A stretch of 32,000 bases of DNA from positions 15,564-47,563 of the forward strand of contig PQXB01000004.1 of assembly GCA_003194425.1 (NCBI GenBank), written 5' to 3'. This document shows positions 8,901-16,789 of the stretch, piece after piece. How positions within the stretch are numbered: the stretch's first letter is position 1; every line of letters starts with the position of its first letter. The notes below the pieces were generated by a model that was not told where the DNA came from, did no database searches, and worked only from the letters and a program-made list of their open reading frames with translations. The translations under genes were made by a program, and so were the position numbers. This stretch comes from Candidatus Methanophagaceae archaeon. Lineage in GTDB: Archaea; Halobacteriota; Syntropharchaeia; Alkanophagales; Methanospirareceae.

Positions 8901-8941
8901 CGATTCCGCTGAAGCCTGCGATTTTTGTGGAGGGCGGGTGA
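5936..8941 (+). CDS. leuS: Leucyl-tRNA synthetase (archaeal type)
   Basis: 1001 aa with a HIGH-region (PYTSGPLHIGHGRT), a KMSKS-region (KISKSKGN) and the archaeal LeuRS N-terminus FKQVEAKWQRRWEE. Confidence 0.95.
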   Translation: MPKNTNFKQVEAKWQRRWEESGIFDAEPRGGAKKFFLTVPYPYTSGPLHIGHGRTNTVGDIIARFKRLQGYNVLFPMAFHVTGTPILAIADSISKSEGEVVKLYKEYVSIYEGGDAASAARVEETVRSFTDAARVAEFFAARISEDFKRMGYSIDWRRKFNTTEPIYNKFVEWQFKKLYDKGVIKKGKYPITFSAADNSPVGEDDIEEGDTNKVSIVEQTTVKFEVSDGSGSYLVAATLRPETIFGVTNLWVNPTAKYVKVKVRVRAGEEIWWVSKEAAEKLSYQREGVAVLEGETEEEGGFFLGKVVKVPVAGGGREVPVLPASFVDADVGTGVVYSVPAHAPYDYIALEDLKRSGVLKRSGVLKRLGVLDAEIEPIKIIEIEGYETGLPAKEICERLEIKSQADEERLEEATQTIYKDEFYRGVLNEKCGEFAGVKIAEIKDEVKEWLKRENKGDVFYETSRKAVTRGGGKVVVAVLQDQWFIDYTPSWWKERGHKLVDGMTFYPAKYKAYMHEIIDWLTLRPCARKRGLGTRFPFEQGWVIESLSDSTIYMALYTVAHLLRGLPVESLTEDFFDFVFLGIGDAEALAKAAGVETGVEASVLKRVQEEFKYWYPNDLRHTAPPHLSNHLVFFLMHHAAIFPERCWPRAITLNELMIREGRKISKSKGNVIPLAKVSELYGVDLFRLYCAINADFASVVNWREQDVDALGRRFNAVVELFEDSLTAECATVERATVERAKGLREDELTHADRWLLSRFYRTLKETVERFAAFRIRDAGINLVFNLMNDIRHYEQRASVERRKRLVRCVLEEWLVVLSPIVPHICEEFWERLRLQLQRQRSHDSFVSLQRLPEVKERFIDDRVEREEEFLAALVADIKEILRVARISPKPRKIYIYTAEQWKWEIFKAVKDLPEREKIRKAVRVRGRKGEEKSTVDFVKQLVKSKSGLEYFELVEAEVLEREKEYLKGEFGCEIGVNEEHDPLGKRRFAIPLKPAIFVEGG
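6994..7047 (+). repeat. 18-bp tandem repeat x3 inside leuS (LKRSGV LKRSGV LKRLGV)
   Basis: gaagcggtcgggagtgct occurs twice and gaagcggttgggagtgct once. Confidence 0.95.
8121..8156 (+). repeat. 15-bp tandem repeat x2.4 inside leuS (ATVER ATVER A)
   Basis: gtgcgactgtggagc at 8121-8135 and 8136-8150, followed by gtgcga. Confidence 0.95.
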
Positions 8942-9017
8942 GTTAGTAGGGGTTTTAAAACATTGCAGTAAAATATTCTTTTATATAGTCTTATTTTAAG
9001 AATATTAGAGAGTAGTG

Positions 9018-9092
9018 AGCGGGGTAGGGTAGTTAGGAGATCCCGTCGGGCTCATAACCCGGAGATCGATGGTTCGAATCCATCCCCCGCTA
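9018..9092 (+). tRNA. Initiator tRNA-Met (anticodon CAT)
   Basis: Hand-folded cloverleaf. The acceptor stem is AGCGGGG/CCCCGCT with an A1:U72 pair. The anticodon stem ends in three G:C pairs flanking the loop CTCATAA. The T arm is GATGG-TTCGAAT-CCATC and the discriminator is A. No CCA is encoded. It closely resembles archaeal initiator tRNAs. Confidence 0.93.
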
Positions 9093-9107
9093 TTTCTGGA
9101 GTAATTC

Positions 9108-10427
<1,320 letters not shown>

Positions 10428-10428
10428 T

Positions 10429-12282
10429 TTAGCCTGTTTGTAAAATTTCCAACTCCACAATTTCCCGCCGCTCCACATCCACTAACCCCTTGTCCGTTAT
10501 TTTCAACTTCGGAATCACAGGCAGAGCGAGGAAAGAGAGAGCGACAAAAGGAGCCTGCAGCTCGCAGCCCATTTCACGAACCGCGGCTTCCATTTCTTCC
10601 TGCTTCTTCACCACAAAGTCCAGCCCTCGATCGCTCATTAGCCCCGCAATCGGCAGTCCCAACTCTGCCTTCACCTTTACCTTCACTTCACCTCCCTCTC
10701 CCCCCTCACCTCCGCTGCCACTGCACAGAACTACTCCGCCTCCCAGTTCGCGCAAGCGGTTGCAAGCGAACGCCATTTCCTCTCCGCTCGTGCCTACAAC
10801 AACGATGTTGTGCGAGTCGTGAGCGACTGAGGAGGCGACAGCACCGGTCTTCAAGCCAAACCCTTTTACGAAGCCCAGCCCGATGTTTCCGGTGCCGTGG
10901 TGCCGCTCGAGAACTGCGATTTTCAAAATGTCTCGAGTCGTGTCTACTCCTTTTCCGTCCACTCCACTCACCTCCTCTACGAGCTCCTCGGTCAGGAGTT
11001 CTCCTTCTACTAAGCCAATTATTCTCGCTCTCCTTCTTCCGCCTCTCTTTCTTCCGCCTCCGTCCAAATTTATCTCAAAATCCTCGGGCTTTACTGCTCG
11101 CTTTAGCCTCACGCTCTCGCCGTATTTTGGGTACTTCCATTTAACAGGGCGAGGAGCGAAATCAAGATCTGCCAAACGCTTTCCGTTCACCACAACCTCC
11201 GCCACTTCAAACCGCTCCAAGTTTTTCAAGAGCACGAGGTCTGCGACCTTGCTGGGCGAAATGCTGCCCAGAAAGTCGTCGAGTCCGAACCACTCCGCGG
11301 GGTTCAGCGTGCACATTTGCACCGCTCTCACAGGGTCGACGCCTTCCTCGACCGCCCTTCTAAAGACAAAGTCCAAGTAGCCCTGCTCCTTCAAGTCCCG
11401 TGGCGTTCGGTCGCCGTCTGTAACGAGAAGGCAGTTCCTCGTCTCTCTCTGCGCCTGTCTCGCGGTTTCCTGTCCTGACTTCAAGAGCGGAGCGAGGCTC
11501 TTCAGGTTCTTCGCCACCGACCCTTCCCTCACAAGCACCCGCAACCCCAACCGCAGTTTCTCTAACGCCTCCTCGTAAGAGACGCACTCGTGGTCTGACC
11601 CGACGCCACTCAAAACATAAGCGTTCAACTCTTTCCCGCGGAGCAGAGGTGCGTGCCCGTCGATCGGGACTTTTAACGCCCTCGCAACCTCTAATTTCTC
11701 CCACACCCCCTCCTCCTTCGCCAAGACGCCACCGTAATTCATCACCTCTGCCAAGCCGACGACCCGCTCCTCGGTCTGCAGCAGTTCCTTTACCTCTCCC
11801 GCACCCAGCCTCGCACCCGAGGTCTCAAGCCCAAGTTCGGGCTCGGTAGAAGGCACGCAGGAGGGAGCAGTGCAAAACACCTTCAGCGGCGTTGTTTTCG
11901 CCTCTTCCAAAATCGCTCGCACGCCCGCAACGCCCAGAACATTCGCAATCTCGTGCGGGTCCGAGACCACCGCGGTCGTCCCACGAGGCACCACTGCCTT
12001 CGCAAACTCGGTCACCGAAAGCAAACTCATCTCGATGTGCGTGTGCCCGTCCACCAGTCCCGGAACTGCATATTTACCCTGCGCGTCAATTTCTTCTCTC
12101 CCCTTCCACTCGCAACTTCCCACGCCTAAACCCACTACCACACCACGAGCAACCGCAATCTCGGTCTCGTAAATCTCACCACTGCAGACATTCACGAGGT
12201 TCGCATTTTTTATCACCAAATCCGCTTTCCGCCTGCCCAAAGCAACCTCAACCAAACCCTTCGTCAAGCCCTTCGCTCTCAT
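10429..12282 (-). CDS. ade: Adenine deaminase
   Basis: 617 aa with the amidohydrolase metal motif GLVDGHTHIEMS, then DPHEIANV...IDGHAP...SDHE...REGS, typical of Ade. Confidence 0.9.
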   Translation of the reverse strand: MRAKGLTKGLVEVALGRRKADLVIKNANLVNVCSGEIYETEIAVARGVVVGLGVGSCEWKGREEIDAQGKYAVPGLVDGHTHIEMSLLSVTEFAKAVVPRGTTAVVSDPHEIANVLGVAGVRAILEEAKTTPLKVFCTAPSCVPSTEPELGLETSGARLGAGEVKELLQTEERVVGLAEVMNYGGVLAKEEGVWEKLEVARALKVPIDGHAPLLRGKELNAYVLSGVGSDHECVSYEEALEKLRLGLRVLVREGSVAKNLKSLAPLLKSGQETARQAQRETRNCLLVTDGDRTPRDLKEQGYLDFVFRRAVEEGVDPVRAVQMCTLNPAEWFGLDDFLGSISPSKVADLVLLKNLERFEVAEVVVNGKRLADLDFAPRPVKWKYPKYGESVRLKRAVKPEDFEINLDGGGRKRGGRRRARIIGLVEGELLTEELVEEVSGVDGKGVDTTRDILKIAVLERHHGTGNIGLGFVKGFGLKTGAVASSVAHDSHNIVVVGTSGEEMAFACNRLRELGGGVVLCSGSGGEGGEGGEVKVKVKAELGLPIAGLMSDRGLDFVVKKQEEMEAAVREMGCELQAPFVALSFLALPVIPKLKITDKGLVDVERREIVELEILQTG

Positions 12283-12299
12283 AAGCCCTTCGCTCTCAT
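12266..12299 (-). repeat. Perfect 17-bp tandem duplication spanning the ade start codon
   Basis: aagcccttcgctctcat at 12266-12282 and again at 12283-12299. Confidence 0.95.
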
Positions 12300-12305
12300 T
12301 TTAGA

Positions 12306-13544
12306 TTACAGGCGCTTCAAGACGGCTTTTACCAGTCCCACCGCCCCTGTCATCATCATATCCCCCGCAGGTGCAGAGAAAAATCCGAGCCCTCTCATCT
12401 TCTCACGCCTCGGTCCTGTCAGAGAAATTATCTCGGGTTTGGTTTTACCCTTTCCCGTTCCAATCGTCAGCGCTCCGTGCCCGCCGTCGGCAAAGACCTC
12501 CTCAAATGTTAAGCTTCCGTCTGAGAGTTTTTTTAGGTAGTAGCTGAGTTTCTGCCTGGCGAGCAGCCGTGTGTGGTGCTCAAAAATACCGGTTATTCTG
12601 CTCCCGCTCCCGCTTCCGCTTCCGTTCTCACTTCCGCTTCCGTTTCCACTTCCGCTTAGCGACATCGCGATTGTGTGCGCGTTCCCGACATTTACGCAAA
12701 TCAAACTCTTCTTTTCCTTCACCACCCCCTTCACCCGCTCGTCCTCAAGCGAGCCCAAGACCGCAGCGGGACCCGTGTCCATCAAAAGCACAGGACCCTT
12801 GTGCCAGCTCTTCACGGACTGGAAGACCGATTTCATTCTGCTGAGATTGTCTGGCACTGCGTCGAGGTAAGCAAAGGACTCAATTTCCGCTTCTGCTCCT
12901 CCACCTCCGCCTGCTTCTCTGCCTGCTTCTCTCCCTTCCCCTCTCCCTTCCCCTCTCCCTTCCCCTCTCCCTTCTCCCCCTCCTGCTTCTCTGCCAGCCC
13001 CGCTGCCAACTTTCTCCGCGATTATGCGAAACCGATTTTCTCGGTCGCTAACTCCCGGCGGTGCCACGCCGTGGTCCTGAACCGCGACCGCGACAGCGTC
13101 AAAAGAAGTGTCCACGCCGAACGAGGCGAGGAGCGGGAGAAGTTCGGGGTTGAACTCCGAAATTCTTAAGGGCTTCGCTTTCCCCTTTTTTCCCTCCTTC
13201 TCGGTCAGGCTCACTACTTTGTCTGCTACTTCGTCTTCAGAAATTATCTCGACCCCGTAGCCCCGCACGACTGCCAAGTCGTCTCTCAGCGTTCTCGCCG
13301 CCCGTTCGGTTGCGTAGACCTTGTATTTCTTGAGGTGCTCGAGCACGGCACGGCTGAACGGACCGCCGCCGATTGTCTCGCCAAAAATCACCAAGTCCTG
13401 CTCTGCTCTCCGCACTTCTTCGGCGAAGAAGCGAGTCGGAGAAGGCAGAACGAGTTTGTAAGCGTTCTCGAAGCCTTCCTCGTCGTCGTAAACCATTATG
13501 TCCTGCGTTCCTGCTCCTATGTCAACGGCTAATATTTTCATCAC
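12306..13544 (-). CDS. ASKHA-fold (actin/Hsp70/sugar-kinase-like) protein, DUF1786-like, with two low-complexity repeat insertions
   Basis: 412 aa with an N-terminal phosphate-1-like motif ILAVDIGAGTQD. The DUF1786 family assignment is from memory. Repeat inserts are encoded at 12600-12659 and about 12905-12990. Confidence 0.6.
   Translation of the reverse strand: MMKILAVDIGAGTQDIMVYDDEEGFENAYKLVLPSPTRFFAEEVRRAEQDLVIFGETIGGGPFSRAVLEHLKKYKVYATERAARTLRDDLAVVRGYGVEIISEDEVADKVVSLTEKEGKKGKAKPLRISEFNPELLPLLASFGVDTSFDAVAVAVQDHGVAPPGVSDRENRFRIIAEKVGSGAGREAGGGEGRGEGRGEGRGEGREAGREAGGGGGAEAEIESFAYLDAVPDNLSRMKSVFQSVKSWHKGPVLLMDTGPAAVLGSLEDERVKGVVKEKKSLICVNVGNAHTIAMSLSGSGNGSGSENGSGSGSGSRITGIFEHHTRLLARQKLSYYLKKLSDGSLTFEEVFADGGHGALTIGTGKGKTKPEIISLTGPRREKMRGLGFFSAPAGDMMMTGAVGLVKAVLKRL
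12600..12659 (-). repeat. 6-bp repeat x10 (Gly-Ser/Asn dipeptide run) in the DUF1786-like gene
   Basis: gctccc gctccc gcttcc gcttcc gttctc acttcc gcttcc gtttcc acttcc gcttag. This encodes GSGNGSGSENGSGSGSGS. Confidence 0.9.
12933..12980 (-). repeat. 12-bp repeat x4 (GEGR x4) in the DUF1786-like gene
   Basis: cccttcccctct x3 plus a variant unit, flanked by ctgcttctctgc repeats (REAG). Confidence 0.9.
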
Positions 13545-13564
13545 AATAAAAACAAAGAAAAAAA

Positions 13565-14533
13565 TTATCCCAAAATCTCAAGCATTCTCTCGATCGCTCG
13601 CCTCGCCTTCTCCGCCACCCCCCTCTCAACGACAACCACCGGCTCCTCGCTCTCCAACGCCGCCTCAATCTTCTCCAGCGTGTGCATTTTCATCTGCGGG
13701 CAGACAGCGGTGGCAGAGAGCGGGTAGAACCGCTTTCCAGGCGCTTCCTTCTCGAGCCTGTGCAGTAGCCCGACCTCGGTGCCGATCAAAAATTCGTCGC
13801 CCGCTACGGCACTGCCCTCTACCTCTTCTCCCGCCTGCTGCTGCCTGCAAATCTTGACCATTCCGCTCGTGGAAGCGATAAAATCCGTACGGTCTTGAAC
13901 CTCTGGAATGCACTCTGGGTGAACGACGACTTTTGCTTGCGGGTGCTCTGCCTTCGCTCTCTCTAAGTCCTGCAGCACGATTTGGTGGTGCGAGGGGCAG
14001 AGCCCGTACTCGGGAACAGGAATAATTTTCGCAGCGGTCGCTTTTTGTGCGTGGTAAGCCAAGTTGCGGTCGGGACCGAACAAGATTGTAGAAGCGTCCT
14101 TCGCCTTCGCCACTGCCCGCACAATCTCCTGTGCGTTCGCCGAAGTACAAATGCAGTCCGCGAGTGCCTTGCTCTCGGCGAGCGTGTTCACGTAGAGGAC
14201 GACTGCGGCGTCTGGGTGCTCTCGCTTCGCCGCTGCCAAAACCGCGGGTGGCAGCTGCTGTGCCATCGGGCAGACCGCACCCTTGTCGGGAAGCACAACC
14301 TTCTTCTCGGGGTTCAGCACCGCCGCGGTCTCTGCCATAAAATCAACGCCGCAGAAAATTATGATCTCCGCAGTCGTCGCCACCGCCTTCCTCGCGAGTT
14401 CAAGGGAGTCGCCAACGAACTCCGCGATGTCTTGAACCTCGGGTCGCTGGTAGTTGTGAGCTAGAATAATCGCGTTCTTCCTGCGTTTTAAACGCTCTAT
14501 TTTCTCTACCTGCTCTCTCCTCTCTGCCCTCAT
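13565..14533 (-). CDS. nadA: Quinolinate synthase
   Basis: 322 aa with [29 protein letters not shown]...VHPEC..., typical of NadA. Confidence 0.92.
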   Translation of the reverse strand: MRAERREQVEKIERLKRRKNAIILAHNYQRPEVQDIAEFVGDSLELARKAVATTAEIIIFCGVDFMAETAAVLNPEKKVVLPDKGAVCPMAQQLPPAVLAAAKREHPDAAVVLYVNTLAESKALADCICTSANAQEIVRAVAKAKDASTILFGPDRNLAYHAQKATAAKIIPVPEYGLCPSHHQIVLQDLERAKAEHPQAKVVVHPECIPEVQDRTDFIASTSGMVKICRQQQAGEEVEGSAVAGDEFLIGTEVGLLHRLEKEAPGKRFYPLSATAVCPQMKMHTLEKIEAALESEEPVVVVERGVAEKARRAIERMLEILG

Positions 14534-14614
14534 TTTATTAATCTTTTATCTGCAAATGGATTGTCGGATAATAAAACAAGTAATTTTATGGTAAAAAGAG
14601 AAAGGAAGGGAAGG

Positions 14615-14622
14615 TTTATAAA
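14615..14622. promoter_or_regulatory. Palindromic TATA box TTTATAAA inside repeat copy A (equivalent site 31626-31633 in copy B)
   Basis: It matches the archaeal TATA consensus TTTAWATA and is flanked by GGAAGG on both sides. A purine-rich BRE-like sequence on the left favours plus-strand firing. Confidence 0.4.
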
Positions 14623-14633
14623 GGAAGGCATGG

Positions 14634-14648
14634 TCACGAGGTTCGTGA
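14634..14648. promoter_or_regulatory. Inverted repeat TCACGA-GGT-TCGTGA at the expected TSS position (possible operator)
   Basis: A perfect 6+3+6 palindrome lies 12 nt downstream of the TATA box. Copy B (31645-31659) has one mismatch in the left arm. Confidence 0.3.
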
Positions 14649-14982
14649 AGTTTTTTATGATTTTTGTCTACAGGGATTAGAAAAGAGGTGGGCTGTAGAA
14701 TCCACGTTCTCTTGTTTAAACGCAGATTCGGTGTGTTTGTAAGAGCAACCAAGTTTGAGAATATTGTTAAAGAAGTTGTGCTGAACTGCCTTGTTCAGAT
14801 TTTGATTATGAGTGCAAGATTATGAGTGTGGTAAGAAAGTTAGTTAGTTTATGCTGGATTAGATTAGACAGATAAAACTATACTGATTTGTTACTTATTA
14901 GACAAACCACTAATTAATCTTTAAATAAAATGGTGAGAGAATTAACCGAGAGAGAATTAACCAAGGGAAAGGGGGAGAAGAA

Positions 14983-15450
14983 ATGAGAGAAGAAGTAGCA
15001 GAGAAGAAAAGGGAGCAGCAGGCGGAAATACAGTCGCTGGTCTTGAGATTGCGGCAATATCAGGCGCAAGCCGAGACGGCGTCGCAGGAATTGCTCTTCG
15101 TTCGGCAGGCGATTGGCGAGCACGAGAAGGCGATCGAGACGATAAAGCAGTTGAAGAAAATGCAGGCAGGGGACGAGCTGATCGTGCCTGTCGGGGCGAA
15201 CTCCTTGATTTATGTCACGCTCAGCAGGACCGACAAAATAATCGTTCAGCTGGGCGGGGGTGTGAGTGCAGAGAAGGACCCTGACGCTTCACTTGAGTAC
15301 CTTAAGCAGAAGCGGGAGGAGTTGGAGCGTTCGCAGCGCGAGATGACTGAAATATTGCAAAGAATGGAGCAAGAGGCACAGAAATTGCAGGCACGACTGC
15401 AGGAACTTACCGCGATATCACAGGAGGGAAACGGTGGGACAGCGGAGTAA
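14983..15450 (+). CDS. pfdA: Prefoldin alpha subunit
   Basis: 155 aa with coiled-coil ends and a central beta-hairpin block (ELIVPVGANSLIYVTLSRTDKIIVQLGGGVSAEKD). The pfdA-ftsY gene order is common in archaea. Confidence 0.85.
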   Translation: MREEVAEKKREQQAEIQSLVLRLRQYQAQAETASQELLFVRQAIGEHEKAIETIKQLKKMQAGDELIVPVGANSLIYVTLSRTDKIIVQLGGGVSAEKDPDASLEYLKQKREELERSQREMTEILQRMEQEAQKLQARLQELTAISQEGNGGTAE

Positions 15451-15519
15451 GTGAGGCAGGGAAGGTAAGGTACGGTTAAGCTAAGTAAGGTAAGCAAATA
15501 AGGTAAGGTAAAACCAAAA

Positions 15520-16662
15520 ATGTTTGATCGGCTAAAGAAGAAGCTCAGTGAATTTCGAGAGACCGTAGTAGAGAAAATAAAGAAGAAGACGGAGAGAGAA
15601 GAGGTAAAGGAAGAGGTAGAGGAAGAGGTAGAGGTAAAGGAAGAGGTAAAGGAAGAAGAAAAGGCGAGGAAAGAGGAAGTAGCCGAGAGGAGAGAGGAAA
15701 AGAAGAAGGGGGAGAGAGAGGAAAGGGAAGTAAGAAAGACAAAAAAAAAGGCAAAGGGAATTGGGACGCTGCTGAAAGAGAAGGGTAAGGCGATTTTAGA
15801 AGGAAAGACGGTTTTAGACGAGAAGGATTTAGAAAAGCCGCTGGAGGTTTTGGAGGAAGCGTTGTTGGAGAGCGACGTTGCTCTCTCGGTGGCTGAAGAG
15901 ATAATTTCAAGCGTGAGGCGTGAGTTAGTGGGGGAGAGGAAAAAATGGGGTGCGAAGACCGAGGAGTTAGTGCAAAGTGCGTTGAAGACCGCGTTGCTGA
16001 ATGTCTTTTCTGCGGTCGGCGAGTTCGATTTTGAGCGGTTCGTTGCTACTCGAATTAGAGCTAAACAGGGGCTGGTAAACATCGCGTTCGTCGGCGTTAA
16101 CGGAACCGGTAAGACAACGAGCATCGCGAAAGTGGCGAAGCGGCTGCTTGACCGCGGGTACTCGGTGGTGCTCGCGTCCGCAGACACCTACAGGGCAGGT
16201 GCGACCGAGCAACTCGAGACGCACGCCGCTAACTTGGGTCTGAAACTGATTAAGCACCAGTACGGCGCAGACCCCGCAGCGGTCGTCTACGACGCGGTCA
16301 AGTACGCGCAGTCGAACCGAAAAGAAGTGGTCTTAGCAGACACCGCGGGCAGAATGCACACTTCGGTGAATTTGATGGAGCAGTTAAAGAAGATTTGCAG
16401 GGTGACGACGCCGGACTTGGTGGTCTTTGTGGACGAGGCGATTGCGGGAAACGACGCAGTAGAACGGGCGAAGAGGTTCGACGAGACCGTGGGAATTGAC
16501 GCCACAATTCTGACAAAGGTTGATGTGGATGCGAAGGGCGGGACCGCGATTTCTGTCGCTCACTCTACCTCCAAACCTATTCTGTTCCTAGGTGTAGGGC
16601 AGGGCTACGAGGACTTGCAGAAGTTCAACGCCGAGTGGCTCGTAGAACGGTTGCTGGGTTAG
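15520..16662 (+). CDS. ftsY: Signal recognition particle receptor FtsY
   Basis: 380 aa with an acidic/basic N-terminal region followed by an NG domain carrying GVNGTGKTTS, DTAGR and TKVD motifs. Confidence 0.93.
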   Translation: MFDRLKKKLSEFRETVVEKIKKKTEREEVKEEVEEEVEVKEEVKEEEKARKEEVAERREEKKKGEREEREVRKTKKKAKGIGTLLKEKGKAILEGKTVLDEKDLEKPLEVLEEALLESDVALSVAEEIISSVRRELVGERKKWGAKTEELVQSALKTALLNVFSAVGEFDFERFVATRIRAKQGLVNIAFVGVNGTGKTTSIAKVAKRLLDRGYSVVLASADTYRAGATEQLETHAANLGLKLIKHQYGADPAAVVYDAVKYAQSNRKEVVLADTAGRMHTSVNLMEQLKKICRVTTPDLVVFVDEAIAGNDAVERAKRFDETVGIDATILTKVDVDAKGGTAISVAHSTSKPILFLGVGQGYEDLQKFNAEWLVERLLG

Positions 16663-16684
16663 GTAGGAGGTTTAGCGGTTTGAT

Positions 16685-16740
16685 GGTTTGGGAGTTTGGT
16701 GGTTTGGGAGTTTGGTGGTTTGGCGGTTTGGTGTTTTGGT
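16685..16740 (+). repeat. G/T-rich tandem repeat, 16-bp unit GGTTTGGGAGTTTGGT x3.5 (8-bp sub-period)
   Basis: Units at 16685-16700, 16701-16716 and 16717-16732, plus a partial unit. It is part of a G-rich, C-poor spacer (16663-16789). Confidence 0.9.
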
Positions 16741-16752
16741 CAATGTTTGGAA

Positions 16753-16783
16753 GGGAAGCAGAGGGAAAAGAGGGAAAAGAGGG
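16753..16783 (+). other. Canonical G-quadruplex motif GGG-N7-GGG-N6-GGG-N6-GGG ending 7 nt before the ATG at 16790
   Basis: GGG runs at 16753-55, 16763-65, 16772-74 and 16781-83. It is built from a 9-bp repeat, agagggaaa x3. Confidence 0.6.
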
Positions 16784-16789
16784 AAAAAA

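Larger units (their letters stand above)
14558..14678. repeat. Dispersed intergenic repeat, copy A (core module with TATA box and inverted repeat)
   Basis: It aligns by hand to 31563-31690 with about 6 substitutions and 3 small indels. Shorter shared modules lie at 14804-14838 and 14898-14909. Confidence 0.85.

Noticed and set aside
14546-14752. 68-aa minus-strand ORF and the 16-18 codon plus-strand mini-ORF (ATG 14630) inside the dispersed repeat
   Set aside because: Between the two repeat copies, T-run indels shift both frames while nucleotide identity stays at about 90%. The conservation is therefore not protein-coding.
14930-14986. 18-codon uORF (MVRELTERELTKGKGEKK) with an internal 15-bp tandem repeat and an ATGA overlap with the pfdA start
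   Set aside because: The only good TATA-like box for pfdA (CTTTAAATAAAA, 14919-14930) sits on the uORF's ATG. The transcript therefore probably starts downstream of it, and the 15-bp repeat (14935-14964) is more likely just 5'-leader sequence.
15451-15519. Recurrent TAAGGTAAG motifs in the pfdA-ftsY spacer, considered as a regulatory repeat
   Set aside because: There are only three short, irregularly spaced copies. They are compatible with stop-codon and Shine-Dalgarno-like sequence in a short operon spacer, which is too weak to call.
15741-15749. A9 homopolymer inside ftsY, considered as a possible programmed slippage site
   Set aside because: It lies in the Lys-rich, low-complexity N-terminal region (KTKKKAKG). 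The frame is intact and the downstream NG domain is in frame. Nothing suggests an alternative product.
15246-16187. 313-aa minus-strand ORF antisense to pfdA/ftsY
   Set aside because: It has a Ser/Phe/Thr-rich low-complexity translation. It lies entirely opposite a confidently identified FtsY with intact GTPase motifs. This is a typical shadow ORF of purine-rich coding DNA.
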